Assembly (NCBI RefSeq): GCF_964204645.1
Contig: NC_134028.1
Span: forward strand, 1,798,001-1,862,000
DNA from: Tubulanus polymorphus
Taxonomy: Eukaryota; Animalia; Nemertea
Length of the DNA: 64,000 bases
Direction: 5' to 3'
The notes below the pieces were generated by a model. The model was not told the DNA's origin. It worked only from the letters and a program-made list of their open reading frames with translations, and did not search any database. Below are positions 1-13,276 of this stretch, in pieces (positions within the stretch are counted from its first letter, which is position 1; every line of letters begins with the position of its first letter). Made by a program: the position numbers and the translations under genes.

Positions 1-241
1 CATTAACTCCATTTTAAATCAACGGGATTCCAGCACACACCAGATGGCGCAACAATATACTCAGTGATACATACTGAAAATGAGTTAATTTTCAATGAAC
101 TTTGAACTGGATTTTGACCGATGGGAAAAGTTGATTAGAAGTTAATTGAAATGTAGAAGTAAATGAAGCGCGGTAACCAAGTAACGTAACCACTAGCAAA
201 CGTGACGGATCATACCTGTCATACATGGAATCCTCAATTGC

Positions 242-325
242 CACAGGTAGCATGCGGGTACACTTTCGTGTAGGGTACACAGGTAGCATGCGGGTACACT
301 TTCGTGTAGGGTACACAGGTAGACA
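242..325. repeat. Short tandem duplication (about 36-bp unit, about 2.3 copies)
   Basis: Unit cacaggtagcatgcgggtacactttcgtgtagggta is repeated directly. It explains the repetitive ORF 92..415(-). Confidence 0.85.
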
Positions 326-1451
326 CCCCTTAAGTAAAATTTTCCGTGAGGAAAATTTTAACGTTATGGATAGATGGCGAATCTGATTTACAATATGGAC
401 TTGACTGCGATTCAATAAAGATTTATTGCTCCAGCGTACAGAGCGTTTCTGGAATTGAAACCAGCCCGCGATGCTATTAGTCTGTTAGTCCGCCTATGCG
501 TGAATCTTCAGCACGATAAATCAATTTAATACAGATTTTATTGTTTCAAAGATGGCAGAATCATTAACGCAGAAAACCCGTTATCGCTGACACGGGGGGA
601 GATATCTAGTGTATTTTGCCATTTTTCACGATCATATCAGTTTATGAAAGTCATTTCATCCTCCACTGTTATTTAAAATTTCATCAGTGCTCGATCAGTT
701 TGTCAGTTTATTGCTTTTAGACTTCGATCGATGTATTATTTGACAGTAGACTCAAATTAGTGAATTATCACATTCAGTGCTTACGTAATTCTTGACTTCA
801 TACAAGTGATGAGTGATAAGTCCAATTCCCCTCAAAATATTCAACCCTCAATTTCTCATGTTACGTACGTTTTCTCTTGCTCATACAGATGGACAATTTG
901 ATGGCTAAAAACTGCTCCACATATAAAAATTCATCTTTAGTGCCACCTATATATAGTTACTGAACTATGGTCATGAACCAAACCAGGGACATAAAACTGA
1001 CTTACCATTAATGAGGGCCATGAGCCAAATTTATTCTCATGTTATCAAACCAAAGCCATGTGCTATATTTCCCCTGCGTGGTCACCAAATCAGAACCATA
1101 GACCAAACTTTAACTCTTTGGTCACCAAAACAGGGCCATGAATGAAAAGTTATTTCTGTTGTCTTCACAACTCTGTATTTGAGAATGAAATGATTTATGT
1201 GGAACTAATGACCTACTTAATGAAAGATTCATCTGTATCAGCGTTGTTGCTGCTGGTGCTGCTGGTGCTGGTGCTGGTGTAACTTACACAACTTTTTGCT
1301 GTTTGTCTCTAAAAGAGTTAACTTGATCCCAGTCGGAACTGATGAGAGTTCTAGTGAGACGACAAATAATGAAAAGCCATATGAAAAGAAAAAAAGTAAA
1401 GCGAACGCGTGAGCTTCTAAGCACAAAATAAAACAGCATGAAATGCTGATA

Positions 1452-1639
1452 TAAAGAGTGGGGTCCGAGAGCAATTCGAAGGTCTAGTGTCCTGCACGCT
1501 TAGAGGGCGGGCAGGGGTCTATTCCTACCTCGACTCAAAAAAAGATGAAATATAAAGAGAAGGGTCCGAGAGCAATTTGAAGGTTTAGTGTCCTGCACGC
1601 TTAGAGGGCGGGCAGGGGCCTATTCCTACCTCGACTCAA
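1452..1639. repeat. Direct repeat (about 85-bp unit, 2 copies about 100 bp apart)
   Basis: gggtccgagagcaatt...gtgtcctgcacgcttagagggcgggcagggg...tattcctacctcgactcaa occurs at about 1461-1538 and 1562-1639. Confidence 0.85.
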
Positions 1640-2204
1640 GCGCTAAAAGTAGAGAAAAGAGTAAAAACGAAAAAATGGCAAATGAAGGAAAATGGCTGGA
1701 GTTCGATTTGTTCCACTGGGTTCGAGTGTTAACTTGAAAAGACAATCAAATTACAGTCAAACGGATCATTTATGACATATATTTTGTAAACATCAGCAGT
1801 TCATCAGAGTGACAACGTTGAATTCTTAAAGCAATATAAAAAAATTTAATTGATTAATTTTGATCTCAGCCATCATTCTTGTCCTTGGTTTGTGTTTGGC
1901 CTTCTCACAACATTTTGTGAGTGTTGAGGTTTGGTTAGGAATAATCTGAATGATTCGATGAAAATTGATAAAGAAATCATCTGTAAAATTCAAGCCATGT
2001 GATATTCAAGTCCACACTAGGCATATGGTCATTTAAATGCCTCCAAAATTGTAGAAAAGTAGCTGTGAGTCCCGTCAATGATGCAATTGATTAAGGATTT
2101 CAATTTATATATGAAATTGATATAATCGTGAAAAATGGCATATCGTTTTGTAGTTATTGTACAGATGAGCGGTGTCTGAGGAGACAAGAGAGTTGAGGAG
2201 ACAT

Positions 2205-2725
2205 GGTGGGAGGGCATTGAGGGAGGGCTAGGTGGGAGGGCATTGAGGGAGGGCATTGAGGGAGGGCTAGGTGGGAGGGCATTGAGGGATGGGGTGTGGG
2301 AGGGCATTAAGGGAAGGGGTATGGGAGGGCGGGAGGGAAGGGGTGAGGGAGGGCGGGAGTGAAGGGGTGAGGGAGGGCGGGAGGGAAGGGGTGAGGAAGG
2401 GAAAGGGTGAGGGAGGCGGGAGAGGGAAAGGGTGAGGGAGGGCGGGAGGGAAGGGGTGAGGGAGGGCGGGAGGGAAGGGGTGAGGGAGGGCGGGAGGGAA
2501 GGGGTGAGGGAGGGCGGGAGGGAAGGGGTGAGGGAGGCGGGAGAGGGAAAGGGTGAGGGAGGGCGGGAGGGAAGGGGTGAGGGAGGGCGGGAGGGAAGGG
2601 GTGAGGGAGGGCGGGAGGGAAGGGGTGAGGGAGGGCGGGAGGGAAGGGGTGAGGGAGGGCGGGAGGGATGGGGTCTGGGAGGGTCGGGAGGGATGGGGTC
2701 TGGGAGGGTCGGGTCGGGAGGTTAG
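2205..2725 (+). repeat. G-rich purine minisatellite (about 24-bp unit ggagggcgggagggaaggggtgag)
   Basis: The tandem array is directly visible. ORFs 2432..2725(+) and 2029..2307(-) are translations of the repeat. Confidence 0.95.
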
Positions 2726-3169
2726 GTGAGTTGAAATGTTCTGATGTTTTAGTTAGACGGATGGGAATCTAGTGAAGATGAGAGAACATTAAATCACTGT
2801 TCAATCACAGGATGAAGTAATGCAGTGATCTGTTCTCTGTATCTGTACACAATGTTACATGTATCTGTAACTGTTCACTCAGTATGAAATAAGTACAGCA
2901 GTTTAATCCACAGAAATCCTGTACTGTTTCTGTCTGATTGATTGATAATTTGAGATGTTACATTCTGCTCTATTGTCACTGATTATTGTTCCTTTTTTCT
3001 TTTCAGAATGAAATAAATGCAATAGAATTTACTATTTAAACAGGCTCTTGTAAAAGTTAAGTACAAAATTAAACTGGTAATGAATTTCTCTACAGAATTC
3101 TTCCCAGTTTCTGTTATTATTGTTTTACCCTCATTTACAGGATGAGACACACACTGCAGCACCAGTTTA

Positions 3170-3303
<134 letters not shown>

Positions 3304-3984
3304 GTAAAACCTGTTAGGAATTTTTCTATTTTTTCAGAGAACTGTCCTGTATAAATTATTTTCAATCATTAAGACACATTTATGTCCTGAAATAAAGTTG
3401 GAATTATCAAGATATTTATGTTTTCCATACATATTTTCAGTGAACAGAGCTATGGAGGTTTTGGTACCCAACAGTCTATCTCAAATACCGTTGGCTTAAA
3501 AACATTGATGAAAACGGTAAGTTTTGATTTGGTGTGAAACTGCTCTTATTTCATAACAACTTAACTGACAATTTCTAACATTTGTTTTTAGGAGCTGAAA
3601 TAAGTGGAACCCTTGAAAAAATCTGTGAACAGTAAACATTGGGAATTCACTTCACATTTGTTAAAGATGGACATCACTTTAGATCCTCAAAACAAAAACA
3701 GTACCGGTAATTATCTCTACAGATTCTAGTCTCTGTTTGACTGTAGATTTATAAACTCATTTCCTGGTTAGAAGCTACATTAATCAGTGAAGGCGAATTT
3801 TCAATCACTTCTATCCTGGTCAAAGTTCAAATCATCAAAATTATACAACTTATGTATTCAAGGGCCCGAAATGAAGCTGAACTTGCAGTTAACATTGCGC
3901 TCTACAAATCAAATACAAGTCAGAAGTGGTGAGTTTTATATCGATTTATTGCAGTAATTTGTGGTGATCTTCAAATCAAGTCCA

Positions 3985-4116
3985 GGGTCCAGTTTCACGA
4001 AAAAGTTTAAGCCTAAAACGGTTAAGTTTGAATTGTTGTCCTCATTGAAAACATGAAGTAACCAATGGCAATTACACCAAAAATTTGAGTTTAACTTTTT
4101 CGTGAAACCGGGCCCA
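3985..4116. mobile_element. MITE (gggtccagtttcacgaaaaag...ctttttcgtgaaaccgggccc)
   Basis: Terminal inverted repeats are present. The element is absent from the duplicated copy of this intron at about 4640 (aagtcc|agaaaatg), so it is an insertion. Related termini occur at about 6657-6865, 6963-7092 and 17328-17445. Confidence 0.8.
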
Positions 4117-7100
4117 GAAAATGATGTGTTTTTGATCGTTCAATGTTGGCAGGTATCAACGCTTTACTAGAGGACGCAGTTCAACGCTACGATCAAACAC
4201 CTTAGACATCTGCATACACTCAACACATTGTGATAAACTACTCATTAACCTGGTAGGTTTTCTGTCAATCGAACACAAACAAATTGCAGTTTCTATTTAT
4301 TTCATTAACCATTTTCTGGCATAATTTTTTCCTTCCAGAAATCCTGTACTGTTTCTGTCTGATTGATTGATTACTTTGAGATGTTACATTCTGCTCTATT
4401 GTCACTGATTATTGTTTCTTTTTCAATCATTGAAAGTCATTTATGTCCTGATCAAAGTTGGAATTATCAAGGTCTTTATTTTTTCCATACATATTTTCAG
4501 TGAACAGACCTATGGAGGTCAAATACCGCTGGCTTGAACATTGCAGTAAACATTGCGCTCTACAAATCAAACACAAGTCAGAAGCGGTGAGTTTTATATC
4601 GATTTATTGCAGTAATTTGTGGTGATCTTCAAATCAAGTCCAGAAAATGATGTGTTTTTGATCGTTCAATGTTGGCAGGTATCAACGCTTTACTAGAGGA
4701 CGCATTTCAACGCTACGATCAAACACCTTAGACATCTGCATATACTCAACACATTGTGATAAACTACTCATTAACCCGGTAGGTTTTCTGTCAATCGAAC
4801 ACAAACAAATTGCAGTTTCTAATTTATTTCATTAACCATTTTCTGGCATTATTTTCTCCTTCCAGAATGCAATACACACAACACTAATTGGAGCTGGAGA
4901 AATTAAGAATATTTATCTTCAAAGAGTGAAGAAGCTCTGGTTGTTACTGAAGCTGCTATTCTTTTAAGAAACTAAGTAATTGTCTCTATACCTGGTTCTA
5001 GCTTGTTATAAAACTTAACAGTTCAATTATTTACCGGTATATATGTTTATTTTCTCAGAAAATCATCAGTTCTCTAAACCTCACGACATTATGACTGTTG
5101 GAAGTGAAATCCTGCTTGATGGCACTGAGCTTATCCGATACAAGTTTAGAAATGGTGAGTTTTTCATCACTCCACTGTGCTCTAATTTGTAATATATTCG
5201 AACAATCAATTATTCTGTACATAATTTTCATGTGATTCTCCAGAAAGAAGTGCGGCTGCTGCTGATGCTGATGCTGAATCCTCAATCAATTGCTAATTCT
5301 TTTCATAGTATAATGATTTATTGCAGCATGAAATTTATCTGATAGAACAATTTGAAAACTGATCAAAGATTGAATAATGGTGTTGAATTATCTAGAATTA
5401 TAAGGTAATTATAAATTCTTGTTTCTGAAATATTTCATGAAAACAAGTTCCCACGCAAGTTTCCTCTCTTATTCTAGGACGAAGTGGGGACCAATATGCC
5501 ATTTGACAGGGACAAGGACTAGCCATCTACCTCGAGATTGATATGCTGCCACTTATTTCCAAGATCTGCAATTTTTAAGTCAAATATATTACCGGTATTA
5601 TATCGTGCTGGCCAGCACGGGCAGGCGACTGTTGTTCTGTTTGTGATGGTTTCATGGACTGCGTATCTCATATCCATAAAAACGGAGTTATCCCCTGATT
5701 TGTCTCTCAAAGCTGTAACGTAATTTTTGCTAATAAATAGCCTGACTCGGGCATAGAATAAGGATTTAAACCCCCGCTATATGCAAATTTAAAAGATTGA
5801 AGTGGTAATTTATTTATCAAGAATCAGAATCAAAATAATAAAAGTAAATGAAGAAATAACTGGAACAACCTATGCACAAAATAACAAAACCTTCAACCTA
5901 AGCACTTAACAACCTCTAGCTTTACTTTTCCCAATTAACTTGTTTTTCCCTCTCTATTTTTCCCTATTTTAGTTATTTCTTCAGACTTGACGATGGTCTT
6001 TTGAGAGACTCATAAATGTTGTCTTCTAATCCTTTTGAATTTGTGTAAAGTGGGTTTTAATTTTTACTGAAAAATAATTACATGAAGTAATTACATGTAC
6101 ATTTTAGATTGAATATAGCTGCAAAGCAGCGATAATAGGTTTCCTGCCTCGCCAAGCTAATCTCAATTGAGGGAATTCGAGAAATGATGGGCTTTCTGAG
6201 ATGGATCAAGGGCATGAGATAATTTACACACTCCATGTAACTGCATTAGTTTGTACTTATTTGTACCTCGGAACCCGGTTTCGTTGGTCTGGTTTTGTAC
6301 TACCAGTAGATTTGTATGATACACATGTATGATGTAAATGGACATTATTTTGTTAAATGGACATATTTTGTATGACTGTAATGTCCCACAATCAATGAAA
6401 CCAAAAAGTTGAAATGTCGACTAGTTTTCTTTATTATGGGACAATAATATTTTGTGCGAACTTGTGTTACTGTTTTATTAGAAATAAAGATGAATTTTCT
6501 GTGTTGTTTTAGTTATGATTACAGACGCCAGCAGTTTCACACACTCAGTGCGTCACATCCCACTGGTTCAATTTCATAGAAATAATTTACTCAAAAAGTA
6601 TTGATTCCTCGAGTCGGTAAATTCGAATTGAGTAGTTTTTAAGAAATTGAACTGAAGGTCCAGTTTTACAAACCACGTTCAAACATTATGTTATAAAAAA
6701 AGTCTGAATCAAAGTGAAGTTTTATGAAATTTAGCCGAGGGTCCATTCGACATGGAATTGTCGAATTGCAGTTGACCCTATGTACCGGTTATGTGAAACG
6801 CATAACGGTTTCATGAACATAGTTTAACTAAAATTGATTCATCCTTTCTTCGTGAAACTGGACTCGAACTGAATTAAATACCGTACTCGCTGTTTAGTGT
6901 GCGAAACTGCAGCATCTAAAACTGATTGAAACCCTTTCGCATTAAAAAACCAAATCCTACTTGGGGTACGGTTTCACGATATGATTAACTTAAAAAGAAC
7001 AACAAAAAGCAACAGTTAAAGAAATTGATCTATTTGGCCCTTTGTGCGAAGTTCAGTTAAAAAGTTGATCATGTTTGTGAAACTACGGCCCCGACACATG

Positions 7101-7150
7101 AAAGTTGTGATTGTTACCCTGGCATGCGAGGGTTTCAATTCAGTGCTTTA

Positions 7151-7519
7151 GGGAGCGTTTACAAATTACGTACCTCAAAATCTCCCGTTTTTCTGACTCC
7201 CTTTCCCTTGTACCACCTCTGTACCAAATTCACTGACCCCCTCTTAGGTACGTACCATCACACCCATGACAAACCCCCAATTATATTGATGCAAAGAATT
7301 GAGCAAGTATTGTTGTTTATTGATTTTATATACCCGGTACTAAAAGCCCAACACCAACGGCTATTTGAGTTTGGTACATAAAGTACGTACCAAGATTGAC
7401 TAATACCCCCCTCCCTCAAAGTACGTACCTTTTTTGCTGACCCCTCTCCATGTACCACTTTGTACCAAAATTCAGTAACCCCTCCCCCCAATGGAGGTAC
7501 GTAATTTATGAACGCTCCC
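7151..7519. mobile_element. PIF/Harbinger-type MITE
   Basis: TIRs are gggagcgtttacaaattacgtacc and ggtacgtaatttatgaacgctccc. TTA lies on both sides (7148-7150, 7520-7522), consistent with a 3-bp TWA TSD. Confidence 0.8.
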
Positions 7520-7792
7520 TTACTAGACTGGAGACCGCTCTCTATCTTCAATTACCACGCGGTACGTTAACAGACAATAAAAGCATTTTATGACGATTAA
7601 GGTACGTTTAAGATTTAAATGTCGCCGTCTTGTGTGCGTTATTTAAACATTTTTTTTTCTCGAAAAACCAGCCAGATCGAAACCAGGGCACCCCTGTTCA
7701 TCCTCCATTCAGCATCAGAACCACTCTGAAATCAGAAGCAGTAATTTCTGGATTCGAATCCTGGGCATTCGCTTCGTTTATCAATGATGCTA

Positions 7793-7947
7793 TGATCGCC
7801 ATCTATTGGAATTTTGCTGAACCGACTAGTCAGCTCTTACTTGTCTCGCTGACTCTTCTTTAATCCGTTCAGCACATCGAAGAAGAGTCAGTGAGACAAA
7901 TAAGAGCTGACTAGTCGGTTCAGCAAAATTCCAATAGATGGCGATCA
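7793..7947. repeat. Near-perfect palindrome (about 68-bp arms), probable foldback element
   Basis: tgatcgccatctattggaattttgctgaaccgactagtcagctctta...ctgactcttct and its reverse complement are separated by about 20 bp. Confidence 0.85.
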
Positions 7948-8389
7948 CGTTCGAAATCTTGAAATATCCCTTCCGTCGGGCACCCCTCTATAGGCCTATC
8001 TTCTAGTCAGCATCACTACAGGGTCATTGAATCAGTATCGGTAATTACTAGGTTCGAACCCACGACGCTTTTGGCTTTAGGATGAATCAGCAGCAGTAAT
8101 TACTGGGTTCGAACCCGGGAAATCCGTCGTAATTCGTAAAACGTAGTCGTATTACAGTGCCAACCACACTCAAACGTGGTGAACGAATAGTAAGATAAAC
8201 CCACTTATCATATTCTACAGATTAAGAGAATTTAAAAACAAGAATTTATTTATTCAATCTAAAATATCACGACGTTTCGATCTCACCGTCAGGTGGGAAG
8301 TCGTATGACCCTAGTTATTGAAGGATATCCAAAAAGTCTTCACTGAAAGGGGTTCCATGATTTGAAAGTTTAACAATATGTTTCCATTC

Positions 8390-9197
8390 CTAGGCATGGA
8401 AACATATTGAACAGAAACTATTTATCTCGTTTTGTAAATATGTACTTAATGTAACACGTCGAGCAACAAACATGGCTGTAATTGGTGAACTCGGTAAATA
8501 CCCACTCTATATAGCTGCTTGTGAGACTCCTGAAATTCTGGCATGCTGTGCACCAGAATCAGGACAGATTGGTGTACCACGCCATGCAAGAGTCAATCTT
8601 GTTGAACTCTAATTTTAAATCTTTTACCCGAGCTAAACATACACTACAAGAGATATAAATTTTTTTTGGCACAAATGGATATCAAATTCCCCAAAACTAG
8701 ACTGCTACAAAAATCTAAATCCTGAATTTACCATGACGCCATTCTTAATGGATCCTATACTACCAAAACTGTTTAGAACCAACATTTGTAAATTTAGGAT
8801 AAGTAATCATCGTCTTCTGACCAATTTACCAAGAGAGAGACTGTGCCAACACTGTAATGTCATTGAAGATGAGTTTAATTTTATAATAGAATGCTCTCGA
8901 CTAAATGAAATAAGATATAACCTAAACAGAGCAGTGAGCTGTATATACCCAGATGCCCCAAAGTGGGAGGACCAGACCAAATTCAAAAAACTTCTCACAG
9001 ATAAGAAACTACATGGTCCTATTGGGGAATACATCTCGAAATCCTAGACTCTGATAATAATTAACACGAAACTGCTTTTATTCTTGTTATATTAATGTAA
9101 AATGTTTATGTTTTGTAAATACTATTTGTAAATATCACTCTGTGCATCTCGACCCGAAAGGGTGTAAGCAGTACAATAAAGAGTTTATTGAATTGAA
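8390..9197 (+). mobile_element. 5'-truncated, decayed non-LTR retrotransposon (LINE) ORF2 3' end
   Basis: The fragment translates to ATNMAVIGELGKYPLY and KFRISNHRL...RLCQHCNVIEDEFNFIIEC, a C-terminal Cys/His motif typical of invertebrate LINE ORF2. It is followed by aataaa and a ttgaattgaat tail. It sits in the centre of an inverted repeat (8318-8380 vs 9197-9275). Confidence 0.75.
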
Positions 9198-9846
9198 TAT
9201 TGTTAAACTTTCAAATCATGGAGTCACTTCTCTTCATTTAACCCCTTTCAGTGAAGACTTTTGGATATCCTTCAATACAGTTTCAAATGGATTAAAAAAT
9301 GATGATTTAGGTCGACTGCTTCTCCTTTCGGGTCCTATCAAGACATTTATCAGGTATGTACTACCAAAAATGAGCCGAGCTAGGCCACCCGGAATGCTCT
9401 CAAGTCAGGTTGAAATAGACTGTATAATAATAGTATGACCCTTGAGGAATTCCATATAACGTAATAAAAAAATAAGATTCGTTATCCGGATTCCGACTGA
9501 TATGTCGGTTTATTGATCAGACAAGGCATTTTTGCTCTTAATTTTGTTTTTTTTTTGTTACCGGTCTCAATCTTCAATTAAGGGGACAGGCAACCAGTCT
9601 ATTTTACTCTGGGCTGCGAATGATAAGTTAGTTCACGAATTACCCGTCATCTATGAGTATAGCGGCAGCACTTGACGGTTAAGAATTAGCTAAGTTTGTT
9701 TTGACATTTGTTGGTGACATTTCGGGTGATTTATCGCCAGTTTTATCAGTATATTAACCACGAACGCTCGGGGCTATTTTGCTTGCGACAATTGACATCG
9801 TTCGTCCTCGGATCGTGGTTGACACAAGAGTCAGAGTGAAGAAAAA

Positions 9847-10851
9847 ATGGAATCATTTCTGAGCTATGTCCCCGATGAAAATGACGATTATTATCGAATC
9901 ATTGGATGCGACGAACTGTCAAGCGTAAGTTGATTCATTTAATTTAGTCAGTAACCTGACTGTGGTTTAGTTTCACGATCGGATATTTTCACAAACCACA
10001 GCTTGGTATAAGCTCATCCGATTATAAAAAGCTTACCACCAACGATTAGGTAACTAACTACATTTAATTAGGCTATTAATGCTTTGATTTTGAAAAGCCC
10101 CTTTTTGAATTTCAGAAAAATGAAGCTTCTATGGAAAAATCGTTTGTAAAACTTGTTGAAGAAAATTGAGTTAATAATTTAGATCCATATTTCCATTATT
10201 AGGTTGAGCAAATACTTACTGAATACAAGATAAAAGCTCTACAACTTCACCCAGATAAAAATCCCAATGATTTAACTGCAGGTATTTATTATCAAGTTGT
10301 AAAAATTCATCAGAGAATCATCGGTGAGGTTTATCGGTTTTCTTATTTTCTAGCAAAGCGATTTGCACTCTTACAACAAGCTAAAGAGGTTTTATGTGAC
10401 CCGGAATCCCGTGAGAAATATGACAAATGGAAACGTAGCGGAATACCGATGTCTTATAATCAGTGGTGCGCTATGAGTAACTCTGTTCATGTTGTAAGTG
10501 CAACTTTCTCTATTCCATATAGATATGAGATTTTAATTTAGATTATTCAAGCTCCATTCCTTTTGGACGTGTCAATTGATTTATATTACCATGAATTTCT
10601 AATAACTTTTAACTTTAGTCAATGCATTGGTCTTGTAAAAAGAAAGAAGCAATGATTGCTGATACGCCATTTTCCGCTTCAAAAGGTAATAATTAGTTCT
10701 CGTACTTAAAATTTGAAGAAAAAAATTTAAAGCAGAATTTGTTTAAGTTTTTTCTTTTTCTATCGTAGACAACGGGACGTCTGTGAAATGGTGGAAATCT
10801 GATCTACATTCAAACGATCGTCTTCGCAAATTCCGCAATTATGAAATCTAA
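9847..10851 (+). CDS. DNAJC12: DnaJ homolog subfamily C member 12 / J-domain-containing protein (148 aa)
   Basis: Exons 9847-9924, 10203-10281, 10354-10493, 10619-10685 and 10769-10851 are all GT-AG and total 447 nt in frame. The J domain reads [34 protein letters not shown], followed by SMHW and the family-typical C-terminus KFRNYEI*. The ORF track misses it because the exons are short. Confidence 0.93.
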
Positions 10852-11294
10852 ATTTGTTGTAACGAGTTCAGAGACTCGTTTGTGCAGTGTAAATCAGTGA
10901 ATAAGTGTAGTAGCTATATATACATCTATGTTGTCTACATTAGAGTTTAGATCCAGGTTGAATCCTGTCTGATCTGAGTTGAATGTTTTGGGTTTTGAAT
11001 CCAAGTGTCAATGAACCGCCTGATCATATTGTGTCTTACCTCGGGAAGCGAAGGATTATACTTGAAATATACTGTACATCAGGTGGTTTTTTAAAACCCC
11101 AGTAAGTTTAAAGAAATTGATGTTTCTGTCTCTGATTGGTATTATGTGTGTAATTTGGTTTTAGAATGAACCATAAATGTGTGTTGCAATGCGATGAATG
11201 TACCGAAAATACAGATTTGGGGACAAATATTCAGTATGCCAAAAATACATTAATACATTATACTGAAATCATGTACAATACCAGTAGATATAGG

Positions 11295-11326
11295 CATGGA
11301 CGTATAAACTAGTTTATACGTCCATG
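11295..11326. repeat. Perfect 32-bp palindrome
   Basis: catggacgtataaactagtttatacgtccatg is self-complementary. Confidence 0.9.
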
Positions 11327-12829
11327 ATATAGGCAACTGAATGTGAAATGTAGTGTTTGCAGTCTCAGAAGGTTGTAGTACAGTTTGGAGTACAATTTCT
11401 GATTAATGTATATTCTCCTAAATTGATTGCTATGTCAATAGATTTTAGGATTAAAACTGTGATTAAAACTAGGACGTTGTGCTGTGATTTAGCCAGGTGT
11501 TTTTGTGCTCAGCTAGGTGATTATTTTGAGCTGATATGTTCAGTTAGGCTTTGGTAGTTGTGAGGATGACCAATTTGTGTAAGATGTGTCACATTTTAGG
11601 TCAGTCCTACTGAAATACCTTGAGTCTTGCCAGAGACATCTGTGCAGGTTTTCTCATACTGTAATGTAGCAGCTTGTGACTTGTGTGGGTTAGAAACTGA
11701 TTTGTTTCGTGACACGTGTTTGGTTGAAATGATTATTACCTTGTGTAGGGTAATCTGCAAATATATACGTAACTGTGTTTCGCAGATTTTTTGGTTTAGC
11801 TGGATAAGGTCAGAGATCATTGAAAGAGAGTTAAATAAAGTAACGGTGAAAAAATAGAGAAAAAAATTATTAAAATTCGACTCTCAAGTTGAACCTAATA
11901 AACACAGGATGAGGAAATACGAAGAATTTGTTCTATGAAATTCGTAGAATATAATTTTGAAAAGATTTGTACATGAGATTGTATTCCATGTAAGCGATGA
12001 TACTGTTTGGGAATAAATGATGATATCCTTGTGTCAAAAAACGAGCTTGTTTGTTGAATTTTTTTCTCATATGTCGTCTTACAACATAATGACTCGTCAG
12101 ACATCGATATAACGGAATCTTTGAAGTTCCAAAAAGAGCATATACTCAAATTGTATCCAGAAGGAACACCAAAAAAGCCCTTTAGCGTATTAGCCCAATC
12201 ATGTTGAAACTGGACCCCTGTTTTCTCGGGTAAACTTAGTTCCGGATGATGAATATTGGGATGTAGCTGAAAATAAATAATTGTGGCAACTAAAAGGAAA
12301 CCTTTACGACTATTTTTCATTGCAAGTCAGAGATTTTCTTTATTGTTGTTTACAACGCGGACAAAGTTTCATCAATTCTAACAATGAGAAAAGGTCACGC
12401 AGTAGATACATTAACTATCGGCAATTCCTCGGTTTGATTATATCGGTTGAATATCCAGAGATTGGCTGATGTAATCGCAGTTGTGAGGTTCCATTTAGAG
12501 AAAAATATGGCTTTTTCATTCAATAACCATTAAAATCTGCCAGTGGAAGCTAGAATCGCTCTAAAAATCCTGAGACAGTGCAACAGCTTTTGAAAATCGA
12601 ACCATTTAAATTCCGGAGCGAACATGAATAAAACCAATAAAATGACACAAATATCCAGTGTTTTTTGATTTACAATCTTGAGAAAATTTTATCTCTGCAT
12701 TTTACACGACCAGGTGTTTTTATGTACATTGTACATGTATACATACAAAGCTCAGATGAATACAATTAGCAAATTTTACGATAATTCTCCTAAGCCAGCC
12801 ATTGTCTAAACAATTTCATACCGGTAATA

Positions 12830-13276
12830 CAGTAGACTCTCCCTTAAGCCTAGCGCACATCGACACTGCGATTGGAGACAACTAGTTGCAAGGCAGTTTT
12901 CGGCGCATGAGAGGAACTGGCTGGATACGATCAGTTGCTTGAATTTGTCGATGTGAGCGAGCTTACGATTGGTAAGCGTCGATCTATCTCCAGTTCCAGC
13001 CAGTTGCCCATGTTCTACTTTTGAGCAACTAGTTGTACTCAATCGCAGTCATATCCGTCGATGTGCGCGCTCTGGATCTCGTCGATCGACACGCGCCATG
13101 CAGTTGCTGCAACTGACCGGTTATAACTAGATTTCGATGTGCGCGGGGTAATCGTTCGGTAGCAACTAGTTGTCTCCAATCGCAGTGTTGATGTGCACTA
13201 GGCTTTACGTCCTTACTTGACGTGATAATCAGGGAGAATGAACTACAGCCGGAATCTGACATGAAGGAGTCTACTG
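12830..13276. mobile_element. Tc1/mariner-pogo-type MITE containing a nested Harbinger-type MITE (12847-13204)
   Basis: Outer TIRs cagtagactc/gagtctactg are flanked by TA. Inner TIRs agcctagcgcacatcgacactgcgattggagacaactagttgc / gcaactagttgtctccaatcgcagtgttgatgtgcactaggct are flanked by TTA on both sides. Confidence 0.8.

Noticed and set aside
2432-2725. 97-aa REGG-repeat ORF (and Pro/Ser ORF 2029..2307)
   Set aside because: These are translations of a G-rich minisatellite with no gene context.
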